Positions 53,121 through 63,128 of a DNA stretch of 64,000 nt are shown here, one piece after another. The stretch comes from an uncultured delta proteobacterium. GTDB lineage: Bacteria > Desulfobacterota > Binatia > UBA9968. The stretch covers positions 1 through 64,000 of the forward strand of contig CAVXEP010000009.1 in the NCBI GenBank assembly GCA_963760795.1, given 5' to 3'. The translations under genes and the position numbers were made by a program. Every line of letters begins with the position of its first letter. Positions within the stretch are counted from its first letter, which is position 1. Below the pieces are notes generated by a model that was not told the origin of the DNA, made no database searches, and saw nothing but the letters and a program-made list of their open reading frames with translations.

Positions 53121-54359
53121 TTAATTGACCTTCTGCCGCACTCCCACCTCCGTATCCAAATGAATCGTTTCTTGCGCCCGTTGTTTCGCCAGCACACCCT
53201 TCGGCGTGCCACCCTTCATCGCCGTGGTAATCGCGTCCATCACAATCTTGCGAAACTTGATAACCCCACGGTCCGATCGGCCGAGCTGCTCCTGACGCTC
53301 TCCCAAGAGTCCCTGGGTTCCCTGGGTCATGATGTCTTCTTTGCGCACGTTGCCTTTGTACGGCATGTATTTGCGTTTGTCGTAGGGCTTTACTTCCTGG
53401 ATCGGCGTTTCCTTGGCGCGCATCTCCCGCAATTTGTCGAAGAAATTCTCCACCGGCCCGAGATAATTATCGGCGGTGAACAACATGAAGTGGTCATCGT
53501 CATTGGGCGTGACGAACATCCAGTGCTCGCAGCGCGAGCCTTGGTTAACCAAAGACGCCGCATCCATCTTGGCATGGACGAACTCGGTGTCGCCCACCTG
53601 CACGATACCCGGTAACGCCAAGCTCATCTCGTCGACGAATTCCGTCCCCGGCCGCGGCCCAGGCTTGGTCATCACCACTTTCATGCCGTAGTCCATCTCG
53701 ACGAATTCCACGTCCGGCATATCGGTGTAACTAAAAAAATGATCGCCCCAGGACTGCTGGCCGTAGCCGGCGTGGCGATGGAGCACGCAAACATGGGCCG
53801 GGTCGGCGGAGTTTTCGAAAAAATTGAACCAATTGTAATCGGCCTGGCGCACCGGTTCGACCTGGCGCTGGCCGCCGCGCTCGAGCAGCGGCGCATACTG
53901 CGGCAGCGGCGGTGGATTGGCTTGGTCCGGTCCCAGGTAGGCGAAGATCAGCCCGCCCAGCTCGCGCACCGGATAGGATAGCTGCTTGACCTTCTGGCAG
54001 AAGTTACTGTCCTTGGGCTCCGCCGGCATTTCCAAACAGTGGCCGTGAACGTCGAACAGCCAGCCATGATAAGGACAGCGCAGACCGCCATCTTCGATAT
54101 CGCCGTACTCAAGCGAGGTGCCGCGGTGCGGACAATGCTCGCCGAGCAGACCGAGTTGGCCATTGCTATCGCGAAACAACACCAACTCCTCGCCAAGAAC
54201 TTTCACGGCCTGGGGAATGTCGTGCAGTTCATGCACCGTGCCGACCACCAGCCAATAGCGGCGAAACCATTCGCCGGCCGGCGTCCCCGGACCGACGTGG
54301 GGAATGTCGGCAACGGTCAGTTTATTCTTTGTCGCTTTCTTAGATTTATTCACGGTCAT
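53121..54359 (-). CDS. Rieske oxygenase alpha subunit
   Basis: CPHRG..CPYHGW, ENSADPAHVCVLH, EDIMTQ. Confidence 0.92.
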   Translation of the reverse strand: MTVNKSKKATKNKLTVADIPHVGPGTPAGEWFRRYWLVVGTVHELHDIPQAVKVLGEELVLFRDSNGQLGLLGEHCPHRGTSLEYGDIEDGGLRCPYHGWLFDVHGHCLEMPAEPKDSNFCQKVKQLSYPVRELGGLIFAYLGPDQANPPPLPQYAPLLERGGQRQVEPVRQADYNWFNFFENSADPAHVCVLHRHAGYGQQSWGDHFFSYTDMPDVEFVEMDYGMKVVMTKPGPRPGTEFVDEMSLALPGIVQVGDTEFVHAKMDAASLVNQGSRCEHWMFVTPNDDDHFMLFTADNYLGPVENFFDKLREMRAKETPIQEVKPYDKRKYMPYKGNVRKEDIMTQGTQGLLGERQEQLGRSDRGVIKFRKIVMDAITTAMKGGTPKGVLAKQRAQETIHLDTEVGVRQKVN

Positions 54360-54360
54360 A

Positions 54361-54493
54361 GTTCCAGGTTACCGGTACCGTTCAAGGTTCAACAGTTCAA
54401 AAGTTCAACGAGTTCGGAAAATACACTAGGTTCAGTCCAAGCGGCAAATTCCTGCTCCGAACCTTGAACCTTTGAACCCTTGAACTTTTGAAC
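54361..54493. repeat. Inverted arrays of 7-8-mer GTTCAA(N) / (N)TTGAAC repeats
   Basis: gttcaaggttcaacagttcaaaagttcaac .. ttgaacctttgaacccttgaacttttgaac. Confidence 0.75.
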
Positions 54494-54510
54494 AGGCGCG
54501 CTTCGCGCTC

Positions 54511-55887
54511 CTACTTAAATCCATACTCTTTCCACTTCTGCAAAACCATTTCGCGCATGCCCGCCGTCGGCTCAGCCACTTCGCCGCGAAAGTTCTCTTT
54601 GATGGTCAAATCGAGCATCAACTTCGACGTAAGGCCGTCCGCTTCCGCCGAGGGTTCGAGGGAACTCGTGATGCTCCGCGGAATTACGAACATATCCGTC
54701 GCCGGCTGGAATCGCGTCGTCAGCGCCCACAGCACCTGGTTGGGATCCTCCATATTGATATCTTCGTCGACGACGATCACATGCTTCCATTTGCCGCTGC
54801 GGGTGTAGAGCGATGACGCCAGGATATTGTTCGCGATCCCCCGGCGCATCAGACGTTTTTCCATTTGCAATATCAAAACGATCGACACGCCCCAGGGCGG
54901 CGCATAGGCTTTTTTTAACGCCGGATAGGCCGGCTTCAATTCCTGGTAAGCCGCCACGGCATAGGTTAGAGCGTCGACATACAGATGTTCATGCGGCGGC
55001 TTGCCGAGCCAGATGTTGTGATAGACGGGGTGGCGCCGATGGGTGATCGCCTTGATCGTCATGACTCTCTCGTTCGGCACTTGCGCCGTCGTGTAACCGC
55101 AAAACTCGCCAAACGGCCCTTCGTCGCCGGTTTTCGCCGGGATCGTCAGTTCCCCTTCGAGGATTATCTCCGCCAACGCCGGCACCTCCAGGTCGATGGT
55201 CCGGCATTTCACCACATCCACCGGTTCACCTGCCAGGCCGCCGGCGATTTCCAACTCAAAGACGCCGGCACGGGGTTCGAACTGTGAGGCAACGTAGACC
55301 GCCGGCGGCACACCGATGCATACGGCGACTTGGAATTTTTCTTGCCCGCGCTTCTCGGCGTTTTTGATGAAGTCATGGCCATCATGGCCGGGAGTAAAGC
55401 GGATCGTCACCTCGTTCTTCGACACCAACATCATGCGGTAAATCGCCAGATTATTGCCATACTCCGGATCGCGAATGATCACGTGGCCGGCGGTGATGTA
55501 CGGCCCGCCGTCGCGCGGATTGTTGGTGCAGAGCGGCAACTTGGTCACATCGACGTCTTTGCCCTCGTTCACAACTTCTTGGCACGGGCCGCTGGCAACC
55601 AACCGGGTCGGAATTGGCTGACTTGCCCGGCGCACGGTTTCGTCAAAGACGTTTGCTTGGGATAGTCCTAACGAGAGAGCGACACGTTTATCGCTGGCCA
55701 ACAGCTGGCCGACAACTGGCATGTTGTAGCCTTTGACGTTTTCAAAGAGCAGCGCCGGACTGTTGGGCCTTTCATTATGAATTTTGCAAATCGCGCCCAG
55801 TTCATGCTTGGGATCGACTTCGGCTTTGATCTTCTGCAGTTCATGCTCTTCTTCCAAGACTTTGAGAAATTCCCGTAGGTCCATCAT
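54511..55887 (-). CDS. UbiD-family (prFMN) decarboxylase
   Basis: DLREFL, ALLFENV, DGGPYIT, EGPFGEF, VVDEDI, WALTTR. Confidence 0.93.
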   Translation of the reverse strand: MMDLREFLKVLEEEHELQKIKAEVDPKHELGAICKIHNERPNSPALLFENVKGYNMPVVGQLLASDKRVALSLGLSQANVFDETVRRASQPIPTRLVASGPCQEVVNEGKDVDVTKLPLCTNNPRDGGPYITAGHVIIRDPEYGNNLAIYRMMLVSKNEVTIRFTPGHDGHDFIKNAEKRGQEKFQVAVCIGVPPAVYVASQFEPRAGVFELEIAGGLAGEPVDVVKCRTIDLEVPALAEIILEGELTIPAKTGDEGPFGEFCGYTTAQVPNERVMTIKAITHRRHPVYHNIWLGKPPHEHLYVDALTYAVAAYQELKPAYPALKKAYAPPWGVSIVLILQMEKRLMRRGIANNILASSLYTRSGKWKHVIVVDEDINMEDPNQVLWALTTRFQPATDMFVIPRSITSSLEPSAEADGLTSKLMLDLTIKENFRGEVAEPTAGMREMVLQKWKEYGFK

Positions 55888-55945
55888 GATGACTATTTCG
55901 CTCCCCTTGCACTTTCGGTCATGGCCGCGCACACCGGAATGACAG

Positions 55946-56830
55946 TCAATTCACCAAAGACAGTTTCGCTTCGAAGCCTAAAACATTTTTCGCTTTGCTT
56001 ACACTATACCCACTGCAAGCGCCGTCCAAGCCGGCGCGTAAATCGCTGACCTGCGGCAGGTACCGGCCAACCAGCTCACGGGTGGGAATATCCACGAGGC
56101 TATTCGGCGCGGCTATGTTGAAAATCTGATGGCCGGATAAATCAGCTTCCAGCGCCACCCGGCAGGCGCGCGCGGCATCGCGGGCATCGATGTAACTCCA
56201 CAACGCGCCGGTGCCGCGCGCCAGCGGATTCTTCTTGCGCTCAAGCAGCAATGGCCGGTGCGCTTCGGTATAGATCCCCGAAAAGCGCAGGCTGGTCACC
56301 GCGACACCGCTCCTTTGGCTCAACGCGTCGCAGAGTTTTTCACCTACTAGTTTAGTGAGCCCGTAAGGATCCTGCGGCCGCAGTGGATGGATTTCGTCAA
56401 CCGGCAAGTATTCTGGCAGGAGTTCCGTGGACGGATAGTAAAGTCCATAGACTGCCAGGCTCGAGCCGCAGATGACTTTCTTTATGCCAAGGATTTCAGC
56501 GGCCGCCAGAATATTATTCGTCATCGCCAGGTTTTGATTGAAGCGCTCGGCGTCACCAACAAGATCGCCAAACCGCCATTTCTGCGCCGCGTCATCGAAG
56601 CCGGTTTCCGTGTAGGGAAAACGAATTCGCGCCAGGTGAATCACCGCATCGGCATTTTTGAAATGGTCGAGCAACGAGTTGAACCTAGTTAGGTCAGCGA
56701 CGTAAGTCGGCGCCGGGCACTCCCTCGGCTTGACGCTGTCGAGGGACGACACTTGATGGGCGTGGGTAAACAACTCGCGAACGACATACTGCCCCAACCG
56801 CCCCGACCCGCCGGTGACGACTACGCGCAT
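55946..56830 (-). CDS. NAD-dependent epimerase/dehydratase (extended SDR)
   Basis: VTGGSGRLG, YGLTK. Confidence 0.9.
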   Translation of the reverse strand: MRVVVTGGSGRLGQYVVRELFTHAHQVSSLDSVKPRECPAPTYVADLTRFNSLLDHFKNADAVIHLARIRFPYTETGFDDAAQKWRFGDLVGDAERFNQNLAMTNNILAAAEILGIKKVICGSSLAVYGLYYPSTELLPEYLPVDEIHPLRPQDPYGLTKLVGEKLCDALSQRSGVAVTSLRFSGIYTEAHRPLLLERKKNPLARGTGALWSYIDARDAARACRVALEADLSGHQIFNIAAPNSLVDIPTRELVGRYLPQVSDLRAGLDGACSGYSVSKAKNVLGFEAKLSLVN

Positions 56831-56834
56831 TGAG

Positions 56835-57806
56835 TCACCGCCCCAACCCTTTGAACCAGCCGGACTTTTCCAACTCTTGCAGCAAGCTGTTATCGATGAA
56901 GTCCGCCGCTTTGGCTTCGCGCGCTTCCTTGCCCGGGGTGCGCCGGAGGATTTCGTCGATGCTTTCGGACCGCACATAGGGAATTCGGTCGCCGCTGTAG
57001 CGCACACCGAAAGTTTGATGCAGCTGGGCCAAGGTCTCGGTATCGGTCACCTTGGTGTACTTGGACAAGACTTTCATGCTGAACTCTTTGTCCGTGCGCA
57101 GCCGCTGCAATCCCTGGGCGAAGCCGCGCATGAAGCGCAGACTGGTGTCGCGGTTGGCGCGCATGTACGAGCGCGTCGTCGACAGCGGCGTGTTAGGGAA
57201 AACTATCTTCAATTGCCCGACATCTTCGAGCTCATGCATGCCGGCTTTGGCGGCGCGAAAATTACTCGGCGGCGACAATACCACAGCGTCGAGGGCCCCG
57301 GCGCTGAGCGCCGCCAAACCTTCCGGCATGCCGCCGGTTTGAATGACCGTGACCTGGCCGCGTTCAATACCCCAGTGTTTGAGCGCCGCATCCAACGCCC
57401 AGTCGGTCGAGCCGCCGAGGCGAGTCACGCCGATTTTCTTGCCGCGCAACTGCGCCGGCTGCTTGAACTCCGGCCGCGACATGATCGAAAACACCAAACT
57501 ATTGCCGGTGTTGCCGATCAGCACCAAGTCGGAACCGCGCAGCGTTGCGTTGATCACCGGCACCGACGGCCCATAGGCGAACGGCACATCGCCGCTCAGC
57601 ATGGACTGAATCAGCAGCGAACCGCCGCCGATGTAAAGTAGCTCCGTGTCCAATCCCTCGCGCTTAAAATACCCGCCTTCCTGCGCTACCCACAAGGTCG
57701 ACATGGCGCCGCTGATGGCGCTATAGGCGATGCGCAGCGGCGCGGCGGCCGACGAGTTCGCCGTGGCGATCAGCACGGCAAAAGCGCACAGAACAATCTG
57801 CAACAT
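56835..57806 (-). CDS. NMT1/THI5-like substrate-binding protein
   Basis: Signal peptide, GYFKREGLD, LRGKKIGVTRLGG. Confidence 0.9.
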   Translation of the reverse strand: MLQIVLCAFAVLIATANSSAAAPLRIAYSAISGAMSTLWVAQEGGYFKREGLDTELLYIGGGSLLIQSMLSGDVPFAYGPSVPVINATLRGSDLVLIGNTGNSLVFSIMSRPEFKQPAQLRGKKIGVTRLGGSTDWALDAALKHWGIERGQVTVIQTGGMPEGLAALSAGALDAVVLSPPSNFRAAKAGMHELEDVGQLKIVFPNTPLSTTRSYMRANRDTSLRFMRGFAQGLQRLRTDKEFSMKVLSKYTKVTDTETLAQLHQTFGVRYSGDRIPYVRSESIDEILRRTPGKEAREAKAADFIDNSLLQELEKSGWFKGLGR

Positions 57807-57809
57807 GAT

Positions 57810-59030
57810 TTAGCTCATCCGTTTCCTGCGCAGGCCGGTGAAAGAATCTATCTTCACCGCTCCATCCTGCTCTTGAGCGTGCGCCAGGGCGCGCGGCGGT
57901 TTGCCACTGCGAACCGATTCAATATCGTTAAGAATTAACTTGCGCAACATAATCACGCCGCGATCCGACGCCGCCAATTGCTCGCGCCGCTCGCCCAAAA
58001 CCTTTTGTGACGCCTGACAGGCAATGTCTTCCGTGCGGACGCTGCCGCGGAACGGCGCGAACTTGCGCCGGTCGTAGACAGGTCGCTGCACCGCTTGAGC
58101 TTCAACTTTGCGACTGGGCGCCAGCTTGTCGAAAAACTCGCTATCAGGACCGGTGTAATGGTTCACCGTGTACAAGGTAAAGCTGCTGTCGTCGTTGGGC
58201 GTCACGAACATAAGGTGGGCATTGTGCGAACCGGCGGCGAGCGCTTCGCGAGATGCTTTGAAATGGGTGAACTCGGTGTCGCCGATCTGCAAGATCGCCG
58301 GCAGCGCGAAACTTTTCTCGTCGACATATTCACAATCAGGGGTCGGTCCGGGCTTGCGTGAGATCACTTTCATGCCGTAAGGCATCTCGACGGCGTCGAA
58401 CGGTGGAATGTCGCGAAAGTTGAAAAACCAACTGCGCCAGGTGCCGTCGTTGGGGTCGGCGCGGTGCAAGATGGAAAAATGCGCCGGGTCGGCGCCATTC
58501 TCGATGAAGTTGAACCAGTTATAGTTGTACAGACGCGTCGCTTCGAGGGAGCGCTGCCCCTCCTCGCTGACCAGCGGCAAGTAACGCGGCAATGGCGGCG
58601 CATCCGGCGCCGTTCCCATGAAAGCGAACAGCAAACCGCCCTGCTCCCGAACCGGATAGGACAAATGGCGCACCTTCTGGGTAAAGCCGCGTTCCACCGG
58701 CTCCGTCGGCATGGCCAAACAGCGGCCACCGACGTCGAACAGCCACCCATGGTAGGGACAGCGAATCCCGCCGTCTTCGATGTCGCCATATTCCAGGGAC
58801 GCACCGCGGTGCGGGCAATGTAAGCCGAGCAAACCGATGCGGCCAGTATCGTCGCGAAACAGCACCAGCTCTTCGCCGAGCACTTTGACCGCTTGGGGAA
58901 TATCGCGCAGCTCGCGATTCGTGCCCACGACCAGCCAATGGCGTCGAAACCACTCGCCGGCCGGCGTGCCGCCACCCACATACGGGAGATCAGCGAGCGC
59001 AAGCTTCTTCGGCCGTTTAATCACGGGCAT
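57810..59030 (-). CDS. Rieske oxygenase alpha subunit (close paralogue of 53121-54359)
   Basis: CPHRG..CPYHGW, ENGADPAHFSILH. Confidence 0.92.
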   Translation of the reverse strand: MPVIKRPKKLALADLPYVGGGTPAGEWFRRHWLVVGTNRELRDIPQAVKVLGEELVLFRDDTGRIGLLGLHCPHRGASLEYGDIEDGGIRCPYHGWLFDVGGRCLAMPTEPVERGFTQKVRHLSYPVREQGGLLFAFMGTAPDAPPLPRYLPLVSEEGQRSLEATRLYNYNWFNFIENGADPAHFSILHRADPNDGTWRSWFFNFRDIPPFDAVEMPYGMKVISRKPGPTPDCEYVDEKSFALPAILQIGDTEFTHFKASREALAAGSHNAHLMFVTPNDDSSFTLYTVNHYTGPDSEFFDKLAPSRKVEAQAVQRPVYDRRKFAPFRGSVRTEDIACQASQKVLGERREQLAASDRGVIMLRKLILNDIESVRSGKPPRALAHAQEQDGAVKIDSFTGLRRKRMS

Positions 59031-59101
59031 GATCTGAAAAATGACGGAATCCGCTCGACTCTAGGCGGACGGATTTGCGATCCGAGGGTGACAATTTGAA
59101 A

Positions 59102-59178
59102 TGGTGGTCGCAGTAGGACTTGAACCTACGACCTCGCGCATGTGAGGCGCGCGCTCTAACCAACTGAGCTATGCGACC
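59102..59178 (-). tRNA. tRNA-Val(CAC)
   Basis: GGTCGCATAGCTCAGTTGGTTAGAG-CGCGC-CTCACAT-GCGCG-AGGTCGTAGGTTCAAGTCCTACTGCGACCACCA. Confidence 0.97.
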
Positions 59179-59264
59179 ACTAGGAAATCTTATCTAACAC
59201 CTGGAACCCAAAGCTTCAACTGCGGCCGTCTTGTGACCAATAATATATTACTGGAGGACGAAAA

Positions 59265-59420
59265 ATGAAAAAGCAACGTGGCATGGGAACAGTCTATCAG
59301 CGGGGTCAATCCTGGGTGGTGGATTATTATATATGGGGCGAGTGCGCGGGACAGTTGAGGGTGCCGAGACCGAATCCTAGGCACGCCAGAAGCACCGGCT
59401 CACACCGGTTGGGATTATGA
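59265..59420 (+). pseudogene. Probable integrase N-terminal remnant
   Basis: GGAGG RBS, then MKKQRGMGTVYQRGQSW.. resembling the G.G.VY.RG..WW arm-binding start of phage integrases. Stops after 51 codons. Confidence 0.5.
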
Positions 59421-59470
59421 ACGTCATTAAAATAATTGCGATTAAGTTTTCAGGTAGTTCCTCTTGTTGC

Positions 59471-59674
59471 TCAATGGCCCGGCGGGTTCTTCGCGTTCTT
59501 CTTCAGCCAAGCTTCAACCAATTCTCGCTTAAATCGCCATTGGTTGCCGACTTTAAACGCTGGCAGACCCTTTTGAGACAGCAGCCGATAGACGGTGAAT
59601 TTGTTCACATTGAGGTATTCGGCAACTTGCTCAAGCGTAAGCAAGCTTTGCGAGGAGTGGCCAATTTTTTTCAT
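59471..59674 (-). CDS. Excisionase-family HTH DNA-binding protein
   Basis: LLTLEQVAEYLNVNKFTVYRL..LPAFKVGNQWRF. Confidence 0.88.
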   Translation of the reverse strand: MKKIGHSSQSLLTLEQVAEYLNVNKFTVYRLLSQKGLPAFKVGNQWRFKRELVEAWLKKNAKNPPGH

Positions 59675-59906
59675 ACCTTGGCCAATGACAAGGCAAGGAG
59701 TGCGCCATGGATGAAAGAGCCAGAAAAGGCTCAATAGTTGCATTGAATAACTAGAAAACGAATTCGACTGGCGAGAACTAACCTGATTTGCTTTAGCAGC
59801 TATGGAAAGCGGGCAATAAAGCCCTTTAGATTAGATACGTCGAATGAGAATAAATCTCGTTCCCGGTGTACACGGCAACGCGCTTCTCGACTCGTCAACA
59901 TGATGC

Positions 59907-60017
59907 GTGGCCAAGTCACTGCCGGACAAAATCAGCTTCATTGAACCGATGTACGCGCTCAGCGTCCGTAACCTGCCCGAAGGGCCGGACTGGCTTTACG
60001 GACCAGCACCGTACTGA
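59907..60017 (+). pseudogene. ATP-dependent DNA ligase (LigD/LigC-type) N-terminal remnant
   Basis: FIEPMYALSVRNLPEGPDWLY, broken just before the expected E.K.DG motif. Confidence 0.6.
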
Positions 60018-60035
60018 ACATCCCGGACCGGGCCA

Positions 60036-60479
60036 TCACGGCAGCACCGCGATAGGCTGGACCTCGATAAAGCTAGTCGGCCGCGCCAAATGACTGACCT
60101 CGACGAATGTGATCGCCGGAAAACCTTTCTTGAAAATCTCCTTGGCCATCTTGCTGAACTGCGGCGTGTAACGCAGGTCGGTCAGAAACACGCCCATCGA
60201 GACAATATCGTCGAGGCTGCCGCCAGCCTTCGCTAGCGTGTTGCCGATCTTGTCGAACACGGCTTTGAACTGCGCTGCGAAGTCGCCCAAGTCGGCATCC
60301 GGCCGCGGCTGGCTCGCCGTATGGCCGGCAAGAAACACCATCGTCCCACCTTTGACTTTCACTGCCGTCGAACGCGAGTCCTGCGGCTGCGGCTCGATGA
60401 ACTCCTTCTTAAGCTCTTGGCATTCAACGGAAGCGAACGAGCCAAGTAAGACTAGCGCCAACGAAATTAGAGTTTTCAC
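60036..60479 (-). CDS. Rid (YjgF/UK114) family protein with signal peptide
   Basis: FLAGHT..AGGSLDDIV..IEVQPIAV, hydrophobic leader. Confidence 0.85.
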   Translation of the reverse strand: MKTLISLALVLLGSFASVECQELKKEFIEPQPQDSRSTAVKVKGGTMVFLAGHTASQPRPDADLGDFAAQFKAVFDKIGNTLAKAGGSLDDIVSMGVFLTDLRYTPQFSKMAKEIFKKGFPAITFVEVSHLARPTSFIEVQPIAVLP

Positions 60480-60505
60480 GATTCCTCCAAAAAGCAGCCG
60501 CTTCG

Positions 60506-60955
60506 TTATTCTTTCACCACCGCGATCGCCTGAATCTCGATCATCGCGCCGGGAGTCAACAACTTGCGCGCTTCCATGAACGCGCTCGACGGATAACCGG
60601 TCTTGAAGACTTCTTTGCGCATGTCGGTGAAGATTTCGCCCCAGCGCCGCTCGGTGGTGTAAACGGTCATGGTCACGATATCGTCCACCGATCCGCCCAC
60701 TTTAGCCATGATGCGCCGCATATGCTCCCAGGTCGCGTGCACCTGACCGCGGTAGTCGCCCGGCGCGTGTAGGACACCCTTCTCATCCGTCGGACCGACG
60801 CCGGAAAGAAACACCAATGCGCCGCCTTTGACCTTGACCGCCTGCGAGTAGGCCGATTGCGGCACCGGCAGAATCATCTCGCGCTCCTGGGCAAACGCGG
60901 GCCGATCGAAACTGAGAAAAAACCAACTTAGCAACAGAACTAATTTCATCATCAC
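60506..60955 (-). CDS. Rid family protein with signal peptide
   Basis: YSQAVK..FLSG..GGSVDDIV..IEIQAIAV, leader ending AFA-Q. Confidence 0.88.
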   Translation of the reverse strand: MMMKLVLLLSWFFLSFDRPAFAQEREMILPVPQSAYSQAVKVKGGALVFLSGVGPTDEKGVLHAPGDYRGQVHATWEHMRRIMAKVGGSVDDIVTMTVYTTERRWGEIFTDMRKEVFKTGYPSSAFMEARKLLTPGAMIEIQAIAVVKE

Positions 60956-60961
60956 ATCACC

Positions 60962-61657
60962 TCAGTAGCCGGACTCGCTCTTTGCCGCGCGAGCCGGTGT
61001 GCTTTGCGTCACATGACGATAAGCCGCCTCGATATTATTCGGGAATCGGTCGCGCCCCTCCCAACCTTCGGTTTCCGGCATGCGCAAATCTTTTTGAATT
61101 TCGTCCAGGGACTTTTCCGCTTTCACCATGGCGCCGACCCGTTCCACCAGCAGCGTGTAATAACGCTCCATATCGTCGAGAATCTTGACGGTGCCCGGCG
61201 CGCCATGCCCCGGCACGACGATCTCGGGGTTGAGCGCCTTCATCATCTTGATGCCATCCAAAGTATCGGCAATCTTTACAAACGGACGCAAGTTGCTGAA
61301 GCGCCGCACACCGACAGACGCCGCGGCGAAAACGATGCGCTCCTTGGGCAGCCAGACCGCCGAGTCGGCTTCGCTGTGTACACTTTTCAAAAATCGCAGT
61401 TCAAAGGTTCGTTCGCCTACTTCGAGTTTCATCCAGTCCCGGAACTCGATATGCGGCAAGACCGGGCGGAAGTTTTTGATTTCAGGCAGCTGCGCATTCT
61501 CTGCGATAATTTTTTTCACCCGTTCAGGATTGAGACCTTCGCGCATCGCCTCTCTGGCGCCGGCGTGGGCGACGATCAGCGCCGGCGGCGAAAACAGCCA
61601 GTGACCGGTGGTGTGATCGGTGTGCGGTTCGGTATTGATCAAATAGCGCACCGGCAA
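60962..61657 (-). CDS. MBL-fold hydrolase, N-terminus missing or damaged
   Basis: NTEPHTDH, HSEAD, VPGHG. Paralogue of the upstream gene lacking ~80 N-terminal residues. Confidence 0.7.
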   Translation of the reverse strand: MPVRYLINTEPHTDHTTGHWLFSPPALIVAHAGAREAMREGLNPERVKKIIAENAQLPEIKNFRPVLPHIEFRDWMKLEVGERTFELRFLKSVHSEADSAVWLPKERIVFAAASVGVRRFSNLRPFVKIADTLDGIKMMKALNPEIVVPGHGAPGTVKILDDMERYYTLLVERVGAMVKAEKSLDEIQKDLRMPETEGWEGRDRFPNNIEAAYRHVTQSTPARAAKSESGY

Positions 61658-61705
61658 AGGGGGATACTCGGAACACGTTCGCCAGCCAATTTCCGGGGCA
61701 ATGCA

Positions 61706-62618
61706 TCATTTAGTCTGCAACGCTCTATACGCCGCCTCGACATTCGTTGGAAAGCGCTCCTTGCTCGCCCAGTGATCGTATTCCGGCATTTTTACTTCCT
61801 TCTGAATCTCGTCCAGCGACTTGCCGGCTTTCATCAGCTTGCCGACGCGCTCCAGCAAGAGCGCGTAATATTTCTCCGTGTCGTCGAATATCTTCACCGT
61901 GCCGGGGTTGCCGTGGCCGGGAATCACATGCTCGGGATTCAACGCTTTCATCATTTTGGCCGCCGCCAAGATGTCCGGAATCGTCACGAAAGGACGGAAA
62001 ATGTTGATCTGATCGACGACGATCCCCGAGGCCGAGAAAAGCACGCGTTCCTTCGGCAACCACACCGCCGTGTCCGCTTCGCTGTGGACATTTTTTTGGT
62101 AGAGCAGCTCTAAAGTCCGCTCGCCGACGTTGAGCGTCATCTTTTGCCGGTACTCGACATGAGGGACCACGAAACGAAACCCGTCGAAAGCCGCGCGCAT
62201 CTCCGGCGACTCGGCCATGAGCTTTTCATTTCGCTTCGGGTTGAACGCCGCCTTCATCGAATCCGTCGCGCCTTCATGCGCCACGATCAAGGCCGGCGGC
62301 GAGAAAACAAAGTGACCCGTTGTGTGATCGCCGTGGGGCTCGGTATCGATCAGATAGCGCACCGGGAGAGGCGTAAGCTTCTTCACGGCGGCGAGAATCG
62401 CCCGCGAATCCGTCGGGTTGTGGCCACTATCGATCAGCACCACGCCTTCCTGGGTAACGACGATGCCGCAATTGGAATTAAAATTGGTCCCGACGTAGAC
62501 GTAAATCCCGTCGGCAATCTTGCGAATGTTAGCGACCGAGATCCTGTGCCTGTGCCAGACTGGTTAATAGAAGCACAGCGAGCATCGTGAACAGCGACGC
62601 GAAGCGAACAGTCTTCAT
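61706..62618 (-). CDS. Exported MBL-fold hydrolase (cyclase-like), frameshift near 62530
   Basis: Leader MKTVRF..AQA, IDSG, DTEPHGDH, HSEAD, IPGHG. Confidence 0.85.
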
Positions 62619-62632
62619 GGCATCCTCCTTGG

Positions 62633-63128
62633 TCACTTCCCTTGTTTCGATCCTCTGACTACGGCAACCGCTTCGACTTCCACCATTGCGCCTGGCGGGC
62701 GCAAGTTTTTCGCCTCGACGAAGGCGCTCGCCGGGCCCCAATCGCTGAACGCCTCGCGAGCGCTTTTTTCCAACACGTCGCGCAACGAGCTATCGGCGCC
62801 GTAGACCGTCAACGTCACGAAATGGGCCGGCGACAACGCCTACTCGCGAGGCCATGAGCCGCAGGTTCACCAGCGCTTGTCTTACTTGCCCGGTCAAATC
62901 CCCCGCGCCAACCAGGTCACCTTTCCTGTCCACGGGTCCGACCCTGGGAAACACGAACACGGTCTCCAGCGCGTTCCTGAACACTTGAACGTCGCCCGTC
63001 GGCGGCGCCGGTTCTTGCGCGAATGTCGACGCGGCATCGAGCATTAACAGCAAGCCGGCGGAGAGCCAAGCAGAAATTCTAACGCTTCGAATCATCGCTA
63101 AGAAAAATCGCACCGCCCCATGACTCAA
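62633..63128 (-). CDS. Divergent Rid-like protein with signal peptide (frameshifted)
   Basis: GDLTGQVRQALVNL..GPASAFVEAKNL..MVEVEAVAV. Confidence 0.7.

Noticed and set aside
20921-62113. Long antisense ORFs (e.g. 20921-21820, 24948-26057, 38476-39237, 47774-48934, 61004-62113)
   Set aside because: They are shadow frames of well-supported genes in GC-rich DNA and carry no recognisable motifs.
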